A stretch of 64,000 nucleotides of DNA, taken from the NCBI GenBank assembly GCA_003971905.1, contig RSEE01000074.1:248001-312000 (forward strand), in the 5' to 3' direction. The notes under the pieces were generated by a model. That model did not search any database and was not told where the DNA came from. It saw only the letters and a list, made by a program, of their open reading frames with translations. Position 1 is the stretch's first letter. Every line of letters starts with the position of its first letter. Of the stretch, positions 13,818 through 26,429 are shown piece by piece. The DNA comes from Moniliella sp. 'wahieum'. Lineage: Eukaryota. The position numbers and the translations under genes are program-made.

Positions 13818-14200
13818 CGGGGTTGGAGGGAGGAAGAGCGAAGTGGTGTGGCGGCCGTCGCGAACCAAATCGCGACGTCGGACACTGCATAGGCTGGGCG
13901 CCCAAACGAAAATAAAGTAGGCGCGTTACATAAGCACACGCCCCACTGCTCCAGTGTGTCGGCTGAGGCCAGCATGCGCAGCGACAGGCTGTTGAGACTT
14001 GAAATTGCAAGTATCCTACTGGGTTGCTTCTGTTGCTTCCCGCTCGCATTTCGGCCCTCGGCCTAAACCTCCAAGGCACTCCTACTCCTACGCACCCTCT
14101 GCTCACGCTCACTTCGCTCGGTGTGGATCAGACCGGGGTATAGTATTTTCTGTGCGAACACAACTTCAACCCGAACCTCATTAAGCCTTGGTCTTAGTCC

Positions 14201-15351
14201 TTATTCTTTCTGCAGAAGAAGCACCTCCCGCCCGGGCGCAGCATGGTTCCGCATCTCGGGAGCAGTACGGCTGACGAGGCGGAGACCCCGTTGTTCCAGT
14301 AGAGGAACGATCTGGTCCGGTTTACCTGCAAAGGCGTTGCTGCCAGGGCTTTGCGCACACCTGTCGGCAGCTCCTTCGTGCGCTCGTAGCTGTTGGTGCC
14401 ATGCGGCTCCAACAAAAGCAGCCCGCCGTGGGGGAGCATGCTGGCGCATCGATCAAATAGATCCAACAGGCCTTGATCACCATGAACATGGATCCACTTT
14501 GTCAAGGAAGGCTGGAACAACGTCAGTATCTCTGCTTTTGCCAGAGCGCAAGACATACCAGACAATGAGATCGTGCATCTCTCCATCGTCGCACCACTTT
14601 CTCCTTTGATGTGGCGTGGTATCCATTACGTCTGCAACAACAAAATGACAGTTGGTTGGGAAGGTGGGGTGAGGGTCAGGGCTGTCGGAGGGCAGGTCCG
14701 ATGTGAAGTCGGTGTTTTGTGTCGGGGAACGCCCTCCTCTGAAACTGGGAAGGATAAACTACCCAACAGTGAAGGGAAACACGCTGGGAAGAAACGCATA
14801 TCGGCCAGGGCTTGTGAGTTGCTGGTGTCGTGAAGACCCGGAGGTGCGTTCTGCGCAGGGTGGGAGAGGAGAGGAAGATCTCCCGCGCTCGTTTTCTGGT
14901 CGGCTCTCTCGGTCCAAAAATGGCGGAGGAGGAGGTACCCGCTCATCCCATTCTCGGGTTGGACGACGGCGCGACCAAGCGTAGCGCAACGAGTTCTTAG
15001 CTTGGCGGATCAGCTCAGCGTCGAGGTCAATGCCAACCACCTTGAAGGGTGGGGGAGAGCAAGGAAGCTGAACGTACGTTGGTCAGCTTGTCTGGCTTCG
15101 TGCACAAGAAGAAAACATACCAAGTTGGACAGTCACACGACCTGAGTTGCACCCGATGTCGAGGACGCGTCGGATAGGTGGGGGGTCTGGGCCGGCAAGG
15201 AAGGCAAACAGACTATGCAGGCGGGGGTCCTGCTGCGCGGCATGAGGTCCGAGATTGCGCTTGAGGTAGTAGGCTCGATAGTTGCCGTACACAGGCCTAG
15301 AATCGGGTGTAGAATTGTACGGGTGTGTCCCACTCCGTGCAGGATGGACAT
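14201..15351 (-). CDS. Bin3/MePCE-type RNA methylphosphate capping methyltransferase (Bmc1-like)
   Basis: Family motifs YGNYRAYY, DPRL, VLDIGCNSGRVT, VVGIDLDAELIRQA, FFPACF, SLTKWIH and GGLLLLEP. Introns and frameshifts present; start approximate. Confidence 0.88.
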
Positions 15352-16013
15352 GAGATGGAGAATGGAACTTGAAGTGGAGAAGCTGGCAACTGAAGGTATT
15401 GGAGGTGGTCGCGAGGGCGGGGGCGATTGCAGAACCTACTAGGCGACGCGGCAAAGTGTGATGACATGGACACCCAGGGAGATGACATGTGACACGAAAT
15501 ATTTCAGGCAATGGCCGCTGGCCAGTTGCTGCGTATCGGCCAGCAACAGGACGCGTGCGGGCGCATGTGACATGTGTGACAATTACCCGCGATTGTGACT
15601 AGTGACTTCAGCATCAGGGCTAGTTAGTGCTTGGGACTAGGAGTCCTTGGATGGGATCCACCCTGGTCCCCCGGGAAAAATGCGATCCTCCATTGAGGAT
15701 CGATCGCGCACTGCTGGCTGCCGCCAGTGCGACTTGCAAGCGTTCAGCGCGCGCCAGCCTTCGGCAAAAACATGGCGCCGCTGGGTGTTGATCGTGTTGG
15801 GACAATACGCTGCCTCTGTGCCGATGTAGCTCCAGCAGCGCGCATTCCTGCACAGCGCGAGTCTCAGGAACCTGGGCCATTCACCGCGGGTCTACTATCG
15901 AACCTTGGCAGCATATTGACACGGTCATAAGACGAGGTAAGACTGCTGTTGTTCCCTTGAGCTCCCCCACCACCACCTGCTCGCGTCCACCCTCCGCCTT
16001 GCTTCCAGCTCCT

Positions 16014-18811
16014 ATGGCGCCCGACGCTGACGCTATGCCCCGCGGGGCACACCGTCTCGGGCCCATCCTTGCTCTCCTCCGACTTGCGTCGGCCATCGGC
16101 TACCAGCAACCTCCCAGACAGTAGCCAGGATTGCAGGCCTTCAGCGGGCACCAGTGATGCTGATACGGATCAGCGCCTTGCATCGCTCACGCCCGTAGTC
16201 GGGGCAGAGTGCGCGTGGCAGGCCGCTCAGCTCTGCTACGGGCTCGCCTCGCTTCACGCACCCACCCTTTCCCGCAGCCGCAGTGGCCGCACCAGTCTCC
16301 GCCACCCTCCAAGCCGTTCTGCCTCGCGGGGTGCGAGTGAGGCGCCGGAGCCCTTTGTCCCCCTCTGATTGCAGAGGTCAAGCCCGAACCCGGCGTCCCC
16401 CCATTCCCTGGATCCCGTTTGCTGTGGTCAACTGCATTGTCTTTGGCGAGTTTCTTATCTCTGGAGTGGCGGGTCCTTTTTGTTTAGTATGATTCACGAT
16501 ATCGAACCGGAGATGGACGATGCCTCGGCGGCCACTTGGGCTGGTGTTATCGCTGCGGGATTTTTCTTTTCCCAATTTCTTACCTCCCTCCTCTGGTCTG
16601 CCCTGGCCGATCGATACGGTCGCCGTATTGTCCTATTTACCTCGGCACTAGGCTCGACGATAAGTGTAGTGCTTTATGGTGTTTCCCCCACTTTGGGCTT
16701 CGCCTTGTCCATGAGGCTCATCCAGGGTTTTTTTAATGGGGCTGTTGGTGTAGCCAAGGGGGCTGTTCGGTACGTACCTCACTCTTTTCGCCGTTCTGTT
16801 ATCGCTCTGACAGGTACAATCGTAATCAGTGACTTGACCGTACCGGCGAATGAAGCCCAAGCATTTGCAGTCCTTGGCTTCTGGTGGGGCATGGGGGGGA
16901 TCGTCGGGTAAGTATCTTGAAGCTTGACATCTCGTTAGCACGACCATTTGAGGATGACTGACGAACGTTGTGTCTGACTATATTCACCAGTCCCATCTTG
17001 GGTGGCCTACTCGAGCACCCAGTGCAAAAATATCCCTTTTTGTTTGGCGGGATCCCCCTTCTCAAGGCCTACCCTTATTTTTCCTTGCCTCGCATCTGCT
17101 GTCTGTTCCTTGGCCGGGGCAGCGCTTGCGGTGTTCACTGGCCCCAACGGGGGGGTGCGGGGAGAGGTTTTCCCTCCCGCCATTGTTGCCGGAGAGGAGG
17201 GTGAAGAAGTCGAGCCTACTGGAGACACTGAGGGTGCCTTGTCCCGTCGTGGCAGCTACGCCCCAAGCGAGGGCACGGTTGTCACCATTACCCATCAACC
17301 CTCCCGCCCCAGAGGGCTGTCGAGCACAAGCTATGCCAGTCATGGTTTCTATCCCGGCCACCGGGGCTCGATCATGTCTCGCTCTAATTTGCGTCGTCAG
17401 GCCATCACCTCTGCTTTTGGTGGATCAATGAGTTACCGTCCCGCTTCCCAGGCTGTTGGCGGAGATGAGAAAGGGGCCGAGGAGTGGATCAGCGGCGGTG
17501 GGGCAGATCGCCCGTCCTCCGAGGTTATTTTGTTCAACGCTTTGTTTTGGCCAACGACGATGGCGTCCATACGCTTTCAGATCTCTGGGTGGCATCCGCC
17601 ATTAACGGAGAGGAAGCGATGGATGATGTATTCTTGGATGACGAGGATGAGGAATCTGCACTGGACGAAGGCAGGGGTCGGGTCGTCCCAACTCGTCCAC
17701 CGGGGCCGATTCGGAACACGACAACCCCGCGGGGGAGGAAACTGCGCTTCTCTTGCCCGGGGGGGCAGCTTTGCCCCCCGTAGGCCCAGCAACTTGACAT
17801 CGATGATCGCCCCTTCGGAGGACCCTGGAAGTAGCATGATGGGCGCACAGCCCGGCATGGGAGTATGTTCCGCAACCGCCGACAAAGTACCTTGAGCGCA
17901 GCACGGATCCCAAGCATCTATCGTTTCTCGGGCCTGGATCGACCTTGGTCCCAGTATCGAACACCTTCTTTTGCTGGCCGGTCGGGTATCAGTGTTCCTC
18001 CCGTTGATGACCGGGGCCAAGCACCGGCATTGCGGGGATAGTGGGATTAGTTTCGCCCGAACGGAGACCCGCGGGGGTTGGCCGGGATCCGGAACGCGGA
18101 AGCAAGTATGGTACGATCGGGGAGGGGCGGTCCCCTCTGCGGAAAGCACTGGGAATGCAAGTGGTGGTGTGGGCATGTCCTTGTTTGCGGTGTTGCCGCT
18201 GTATACGATTGTCCACTACGGAGTGGTCGGATTCCATTCGTCCACCTTTGACCAAGTCTTCCTCTCTTTCTTGGTCGCGCCGGTGGAGAATGGAGGCCTG
18301 GGCATGACAGCGGCGCATTACGCTGAACTGATCGCATTTATGGCTTTCTGCCAGCTAGGCTTCCAGTTCTATCTCTATCCTTGGCTGGGGCCGCCCCATG
18401 GACGTCTCACTCACCTTGGTATGCTTCGCCTGGGCCTTGTGCTCTATCTGCCCACCTACACTCTCTTCCCGGTCCTGCGCGCCTTCCTGCACCCCTGGAC
18501 GGAGGATGGGGTGATGGCGGCAATGGTGTTTTTGTCGGGGATGCGCTACTTGGCCAACATTTGCGCGCACGGCAGTGTCGATCTTGATGATGCGCTTACC
18601 CCGCCCCATCTGGTGCCGTTAGCCATGGGCTGGCCCAGACGGTGTCCTCGGCGGCGCGGTTCATTGGACCGCTGGTCGGTGGCATCGTATGGGGCATGTC
18701 GATCGAGGGAGGGCCGGAAGCCCATCCTGGCCGTTCAACTTCCACCTGGGCTTCTGGCTGGTGGGCCTGCTTGGATTCGGTGGGTTTGTGCAATCGTGGT
18801 GGATTCGCTGA
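16014..18811 (+). CDS. Major facilitator superfamily transporter (ZIFL/TCR-like) with a long central loop
   Basis: N-terminal TMs (IPFAVVNCIVFGEF, FFFSQFLTSLLWSALADRYGRRIVL = motif A, RLIQGFFNGAVGVAKGAV, GGIVGPILGGLLEHP). C-terminal TMs (STFDQVF, GGLGMT, SSAARFIGPLVGG). Introns near 16770 and 16908. Many indels. Confidence 0.9.
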
Positions 18812-19680
18812 GCGCGAACAGAGGATGGAAACAGTCGTCCGTCGACCCGGCTCCTGCCCCGTTTCCCCCAGCGAGCTAGCTGTGGGCTACGCCATGACGC
18901 TGCGTCTTGTGCTGTGGCTTGTCCTTAGCAATAAGGGCTGTCCTCGTCTGCTGATTAATGATTGGCAGTCGGCTGTCGGTGTGGAGCAGGAGCGTGTGTG
19001 CGTGCTTCCCTATGCTTGAATGCAATTCCAGTCGGCGATGAGATGGGAGAGCATAGTGGGTTCAGACGTTGAGCGCGCCTGAGGTGCTGAGGTATGGCCT
19101 GAAGATCTGAGGCCGGAGGGTCTGAGTGGGAGGGCCGGGCGGCCAGGATCCGCTAGCCAATACGAGCGTGCGTTGCCGCGTGAGTCGGTGCAACGCCAAG
19201 GTGCTGGCGGTGCTGCTGCGGCCACCAAGCACGCTTCGGCTGCGAGGATTGGATGGTTCGATGATTCGCTGCTTGGCTGATCAGACGATCGCATCAAATA
19301 CGGGCGAGGTGGACCGGTGAGGTGACCGGTGAGGGCTCGGAGGCTAGGGTTGCGGCGCCCCCCTCCTGGCACTGTAGGTGCAGAGGCGACAGGCGCTGCT
19401 GGGGAGAGTGCTCGGGTGCGCGGTGCGGCTGGCGGTGGCCCCTGTCTGCCGGCATGCCGCCTGTGCTGGCCAGGGGCAGCAGGCGCTGGCGGGAGGGTGT
19501 GCTGACGTCAGCGCGGGGTGGCAGCGGGCAGATGGTAGGCGGGGGCGTCGGCTGGCGTCGGCGTGCCTGCGGGCAGCGCTGCGGCACGCCTTGGGCCGTC
19601 GCCTGTCTTTCTTTGCTCGCCGCCGCCGCGCCCCGCCAGCACCCGACCCCCACCACCCTCCCGCCTGCTCTTGCCCCCCC

Positions 19681-21455
19681 ATGGTGCCACGGCTGCCCCC
19701 GTCGCCAGCTTCGGTGCCCTGTCGCTTGGCCCTGGCCCAGCGCCCGCGCCAGGCGTCCGTCGCCCATCCACGTCCGCATCCGCATCAGCCTCCGCCCAAG
19801 CGTCCGCGCCCGCCCGCCGTCCCCACCGCTTCCGCCCTCTGCATCCGCCTCGGCCTCCGCACCCCCTGCCGTGGTGCGTCCACCTCCGCCACACCAGCCT
19901 CAACCGCCACCTTCCCCCCCGTTTCTTCCTCTCTCCGCCCCCGTCGACTCGACGACGAAGAGGACGACGAGGACGACGACCCCCGCCCGCTGCTCCCAGC
20001 ACCAGTCCTCCCTCCCGGCGCCGATCTCCAGCACGAGACGACCGTCAAGGCTGGCTACCTGTACAAAAAGGGAGAGAAGCGCAAGACATGGAAAAAGCGC
20101 TGGTTCGTCCTTCGCTCCTCCCGCTTGGCGTACTACAAGAACGACAAGGAGTACCAGCTCCTCCGCCTGATCGACATGGCCGATGTGCACAGCGTTACCG
20201 CTGTCGATCTCAAGCGCAACCAGAACGGTTTGGCATCGTCACTCCCAAGCGCACCTTCTATATCAAGGCTGCCAGCGAGGCCGACATGCTGGACTGGGTC
20301 ACCAAACTCGACCAAGTCAGGCGCGCCATGGTCGAGCAATCGACTGACGATGGGTTTGACTACGACGTTTACGATGATCTAACCCACGCTACCGCGTCCG
20401 CTGTACCAGCAGCCATACCGAGTGCCCCTCGTCTACCCAGCTCTCCGGGCAATGCCGATGTGCCGCAACCCATGCCTGCCAGGACACAACCCCTGCGGGC
20501 CCCGCCCCCTACCTCGACCAATTTTGCCCTCGCTCGATCTCCTGTCACGTCGGACAGTGAAGCCAGCGGTTGGCTACCTTGGTCACGTCATGCCTCCCCT
20601 GATGTGGGATCAGCAACGCGCTTTGCTCCCATGGGCGATCTTTAGCTCCCAACCCGCCCCTCACCGCTGCTCCTGCCGTCTTGTCATCGTCTGAGGATGA
20701 CTGGAACGAAGACGAAGTGCACCCTACCCATGCTCTGCCCTTCCCCGTGGTGCTCCTCGTGCGGCCGAACCTGGTTCGAGTGAGCTTCCCCCCGCCTCGC
20801 CCCCCCCTGTTGCAGTGCAGAGGCCAACGCGGCGTTTTCTGCGAGACCCAGCGCGGGTGTTACTGCAAGGGTACTTGCTGAAGCAAAGTGCAAGGCGGAA
20901 AGTCTGGCGCAAGCGCTGGTTTGTCCTTACCTCCTCCCAACTTTTGTGGGCTGGCAGCCATATGGACACACGCACCAATCGTCGTTTGACGGTGGGAGAT
21001 ATGGTAGATGCGATTGAGTACGAACCTTCGTCGGGTGCTGGGCCGAGTGGCTCGGGTGGGGGGTCCTTGTCCATTTCTTCCTTGACCCACCCACATCGCC
21101 GGGAAGCAATTGGGTCCCCCAACGCGCTCTCGTCCAGCTTCGGCTCCCCTTCCAGCTTTGCCCCCGATCAGACGGAGGAGTACACTCCGACCACACCCCA
21201 TTCCACCTTGGGCTTCCTGGAACGCAGGTCGTCGATCATGAATGGCATCAGCCAAGGCGCGGCCAGTGCGATTGGGGCGGGAAACAAGAAACGACAAGAA
21301 AATTGTTTCCGGGTCATCACCCCCAAGAGGACTTTGCTTCTGTGTGCGCTCCCTCAGAGGAGGAGGAAATCAAGTGGTTATCAACGCTGCAAACGCTCAT
21401 CTCGCGTGTACGGGATGCCCGCGCTCAGGAGCAGAGGCAAAAACGTGGCGCTTGA
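19681..21455 (+). CDS. Tandem pleckstrin-homology domain protein (Opy1-like)
   Basis: PH1: VKAGYLYKKGEKRKTWKKRWFVLRSSRLAYYK...FGIVTPKRTFYIKAASEADMLDWV. PH2: LLQGYLLKQSARRKVWRKRWFVLTSSQL...CFRVITPKRTLLLCA..EEEIKWL. Frameshifts between them. Confidence 0.9.
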
Positions 21456-22199
21456 AGTCGCACTCTCACCCTCGACCCTCTTGGTTAACCCCCCCCCCTC
21501 CCCCTCCCCCTTTTCTTCTCATCCTTGCGTCATTTGCGCAAAACTCTCTACCTCATTGGGCCTGCCTCTTTTCTGTCTGACTTGTACCCTTTCACCCCCC
21601 CCCCCACCTTTTTTTTCAACCCCATCCCCCGATCCTTGAATCTAAAATCGTCATTGGGTCGCACCTTCTCTGTTGGAACTGCGCATAACCTCTGGTAGGC
21701 TTGCGCATGACAGTATAGCACTTACTCTTCGTTTCCCCTCGTATCCTACTCTCTCAGCCAGATGTCCCTTCAATTTCTAACTGAAATGGGACGCCCCTTT
21801 CCCTTCTTGCTGTCGCTGACTTGCCGACCGCGGGCCTATACTCTCGCTTTTTTGTTGGGTGACGATTAACGTTCGAGTCAGCCATTCGCTTTCTCTCCCT
21901 CGCGCCGGTTGCAACCATGAAGACGGTAAGGGGGGGGTTCGAGATAGTTGACTGGGTCACCACGTGTCATGTCACACGCAAGATCCGTCGCTCGGGCTTA
22001 GGGTTCCAAAGGGGTCCAAAAGGGCGATGCCGTATCATATACCAAGTGGCAAGATCCTAGTCATCCACCGATCAAACACAAAAGCTAAGGTCCAACCTAC
22101 GACGCAAAGGGAAGGGAAAGGAAGGGGGGGCAGGGAACAGTCGAAAAGCAGTGAGTAAAGAAAGAGCACATGCGGGTAGTCGGGGACGATCGTGATATA

Positions 22200-23771
22200 T
22201 CAAGGGGTCCAGATGGCACCGTACTGAGGAACGTTGGCAGTTGTGGTGGGAAGTGATGAGGTGTATGGGGCATCCGAATCTATTGATTCGGGCGGGCTGG
22301 GGAGGCAGCAAAGTGAGCCTGCGCGGACCCGTTTCGGGAAGGACGAGGGGGAGGGGAAGTTTGAGGTCCAGGGAGACTCAGAGACTTGTCGGACAAGAGG
22401 AGGCCAAGCGCGGGGAACGCCCAACCCCACCTGGCCCGTCCAAATAGAGGAGCTAACTGGGGCACTTGTCCCAACGGGACAAGGCCGCCGGCTAGCTATG
22501 CGATTCTTGACGCAGGGGGACGGGGAGAAGGTGGGGGGACAAGGGGCCTGAGCTGGGACGGGGGCATCGCTGCGCTTCAACGATGACGTTAAGGAGGGAT
22601 GGCGACGCCTTTTTGGACAACGCAGTCTTCTCGCCTGCTGCCACATAAGCTTCCGAAATGGAGGAGGCGGAGGAGGCATGTGCATCAGTTTGTGTTGTAG
22701 CTTAGCTTCTTGGGCGGCCCGTTGGGACGCCTCGCGCACAAGCACCTCCCGCGAGCGATACGGCTGCGAGCGCCATACGGCACCTCATTGAACAAGACCG
22801 ACACTGATTCCCCATAGTACGAACGGCGGATGGTCTCGGCCAAGAGGGTGGAAATGTCAATTTCCTCAGCTTGGAACAAGCTAGGAGGTTGCGGGTCTGA
22901 GGCAGCGTATTGGTCACGACCAATTTTCCAAGGACGACTTGTCGATCCGCTCCAGGGCGGGGCAGAGAGGACTCCGTGGGTGACAATTGCCAGCACACGC
23001 TTGGCGCCATTTCCGTCAGCTTGTGAGCGGCCAAATCGAGTGTGCCGCACGTGTCGGCCATGTCGTCGACCAGGACGCAACCTTTCCTCGCACATCGCCA
23101 ACGAGCACCATGCGGGACACCTCATTGGCACGCTTCCGTTCCTTGTGGAACAAGGCAAAGTCCACGTTCAGGTGGTCGGCAATCGACGTTGCTCGTTTCG
23201 CACCGCCCGCATCGGGCGAAACAACCACCACCTCGTCCAGATCTTCCTTCTCCCGAATGTACTGCAGCGTCGCTGGCTCGGCATAGAGGTTGTCAACGGG
23301 CACATTGAAGAACCTTGAATCTGGGACGCGTGCAAGTCCATCGTGATCACATGGTCACAGCCAGCCTTTTCGAGCATGTTGGCCACCAACTTGGCGCTGA
23401 TCGGGGCACGAGACTTGTCCTTCTTGTCCTGGCGGGCATAGTAAAAGTGCGGGATGATCGCAGTCACGCGCTTGGCCGAGGCGATCTTGCACGCATGGAT
23501 CATGATGAGCATCTCCATGAGCGAGGTGTTGGGCGAGGTAAAGTAGTTGCCACTCGTAGTGGGGGCGGCGGTAGGAGTGATGCAGGATGTGTTGAGAATG
23601 TAGACGTCGTGCCCGCGCACACTCTCGCCAATGCGGACCACCGACTCGCCAGCCTCGTTGCGCGCACGATCGCAGTGGCCTGGGGCAACCCCAGACGGCG
23701 GGCAACCAGGGCAGCCAGCTCGGGTGGGAGGAGCCAGCAAAAATCTTGATGCCGCCGGGTGTGTTCTCCAT
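22200..23771 (-). CDS. PRS: Ribose-phosphate pyrophosphokinase (PRPP synthetase), probable C-terminal extension
   Basis: [92 protein letters not shown] and [17 protein letters not shown]. The catalytic core ends at ~22780. The 3' end is uncertain (22685 or ~22200) because of indels. Confidence 0.93.
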
Positions 23772-24545
23772 GTTGACGATGGTGATCTGAAGGGAGGACG
23801 AGGTGGGAGGGGTAGAAGGGCGCAAAGAGGCGAGCGAGACGGTCTTCGCTTCGAGCCAGCGCCTGCTCTTTTAGTCCTATTGCCCAGCGGCTCAGCTGGG
23901 CCTGGACCTGGCCTGATGGCTGCCTTCAACGCGCATCACGCCCTCAGCGCCTCAGGCGCCTTAGCGCCTCAGCGCCTCAGCGCCTCAGCAGCCTCAGCAC
24001 ACCCGCACGCAGCCACAGGGGCGGTGCAGCCAGCACCCTGCTGCCGGCGGCTCCTCTTGCTGCCTGCTCGAGGATGCTCTTGGCATCGCCGGCAAGCCGC
24101 CGCCCCGAGGCCCCCCGCTGTCTTACAAGGTGCAGGCGCTAGTAGGGGTCGGCACAGCGGCCGCCTAGCGGACGCATGCATGGGTCGGTGCAAGACGACG
24201 TCAAGAACAGCACGCACCACACCAGTCTCGCCCCCGGCTTGCCCCGCCCGTTTTGGTCCGATTGCGGTGCGCTTTTGCCACCCGGGAGGCGGCCAACAGC
24301 GGCAGCGGGGTATATTATCCTAGCACAACCGCACCTCTCGCGTCAGCATCAGCCATCAGCATCATGCATCAGCCTCACTCGCACTGCTGATCTCCCCATC
24401 GGGATCGTAGTTTCAATTTCCCCCCATCTATCGCCCAGCGCACAGACAGTCGGCAGCACTGACCCCATCCCACCCCTCTCGTTCGTCTCGCCCTCTCATC
24501 GCCGTCGCGCGGCAGCCCCCTCCGCCACCATTGCACTTCGCAGCC

Positions 24546-26137
24546 ATGGGCCCCTTCCTCCAGCTTCTGCTCGTCGTCGGCGCCATGGGCGTCGGCACGC
24601 TGGCCTTTGGCTCCCTCCGCTCGCCCTCCGCTGGGCCGCGCCAAGCTGCGCTACGTCGAGCTCATCGGCTCTGGTCTCCTGCTCGGCGCCGCATTCACCA
24701 TTGTAATTCCCGAGGGCGTCACCACTGTCATACGTGCTTCCGATTCCCTGCGCCATCTTCCACCAGCCACCCCTCCGAACTCGGACGCACCACCCCGCTC
24801 TGGCGCTTCTTGACCGACGGAGAGACGGTGATTGGCTGTATGCTGCTGCTGGGCTTCTTCCTGATGTTTGTGTAGGTGATGATCCTTGCGCCCCTTTTGC
24901 TGCTAAACCCCATTCTTGTTTTGTCAGTCTTGAACAAATATCCTCCCGTGCCGACTCGGATCATATCCTGCATCATCACCACACTCACCATCCTCACCAT
25001 TCCACCCCTCCATGGATGCGGACGATGAGGAGCCACACCTAGCAGGGTCCCCTCCCGCCCCATACCACAGCACGTCGCTACAGGAGGTACCAGTGACAAT
25101 TGCCCGCTCCTTTCGCAGCACCCTCACCGACACCAGGGCGAAAGTTTTTGCGATACACCCCTTCTCCCTCGGCCAAGACAGGGATGGCCACTTTGGCTCC
25201 CCATCGCACTCTGGTAGGCCGCAACTCCTCCCAAAAGCCTCGTTCGACCCAATCGCAAGCGAGTTTGGGACACTCCTATCAATCTGATGGCTCGCCCCGC
25301 ACTCCACACTTGACCCATGCTCACTACGACCCCTGCCTTCATCACCACCGTGATCTTGTTACGTGTCCAGCAGAGACGAGTGTGATGATTGGTCACTCGC
25401 ACCGCTTGTCGACACTTGTGCCGCCTCTTGAGGCCAGTACCGGTCTCAAGGCAGCTTGGCCTCCATGTCGGGTTGATGATCCATGCGTTGGCAGATGGGA
25501 TTGCGATGGGTGCGTCGGCCTCGTCGTCGATGGCAGCTGCGCTGGATTGTGTTTGGCGCCATTCTCATCCACAAAGCGTCGTTTGGTCTGTGTTCGGTCC
25601 TGATGGCGCGCGGGTGAACAGGGGTGACATTGTCAAGGCGCTGGCCTTGTTTAGCATGTGCACGCCAGTGGGTGCTAGTGGTGTACCTTGCGCTTCAAGC
25701 CTTCTCTCCCTTGATCACGCAGCGGCCGTTCCTCTTGCTACCGACACTACAACTGCCACTGCGACCCTTCTTTCTTGGCCCGCAGCAATTCACCAAGTAG
25801 GCATTGGTGCCACTTTGACCTTCTCCGGGGGGACGTTCCTGTTTGTGGCGATGCACGCGCTGGAGGACGTGACGGACTCGCCAGGGCCAGATGCTGGGGT
25901 GGGAGCTGAGGTGCCTCGTCATCTGTTGGCTGGTTCTAAGGGCAAGTCGTCTGGACTCCTAGACACGGTTCACTCCCTTCGAGACGGAGAATGACGGAGC
26001 TTGGTTTGCTGGCTCTGCCCATCCTGGCCAAGGTGGAGAGGGAAATAGGCAGCAAGATGCCGTTGGTGGGTCTCAAACTGCCGTCTCTGCTTCTGGTCAC
26101 CTCCATTCTCCGACCCTTGGCTCGAGCTCAAGTCTAA
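24546..26137 (+). CDS. ZIP-family metal transporter (ZIP9/Atx2-like)
   Basis: GSGLLLGAAFTIVIPEG, His-rich loop HHHHTHHPHH, GLMIHALADGIAMGAS, a frameshifted IHK motif, FSMCTPVGA and FSGGTFLFVAMH. End approximate. Confidence 0.88.
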
Positions 26138-26349
26138 ATCAATGCGACGCATGTGAGCGAACAGAGGCTCTCATCCAACTTGAGACGTTCGCAGCCCCGC
26201 AGACAACTCGAATCGCGCTCGTCTTGGTGGGCAGCCTGATTCCCAAGATTCTTCAAATGATTACTGGGGGCATGGGCATTAGTCTTGCCCACCTGTCCAC
26301 CTTCTCCACCTTAGTTGGGGACCCGACCAAATGGCTAGCCCCACATTCA

Positions 26350-26429
26350 GGACGGCTGGCGCAATGGTAGCGCGTCTGACTACGATTGGTTGTAATCAGG
26401 AGGTTGCAGGTTCGACCCTGCGTCGTTCG
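26350..26429 (+). tRNA. tRNA-Arg(ACG) with 9-nt intron
   Basis: Acceptor GGACGGC/GTCGTTC, D-arm GCGC-AATGGTA-GCGC, anticodon stem TCTGA/TCAGG with CT-ACG-A[TTGGTTGTA]A, T-arm GCAGG-TTCGAC-CCTGC. T6 Pol III terminator at 26451-26456. Confidence 0.92.
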
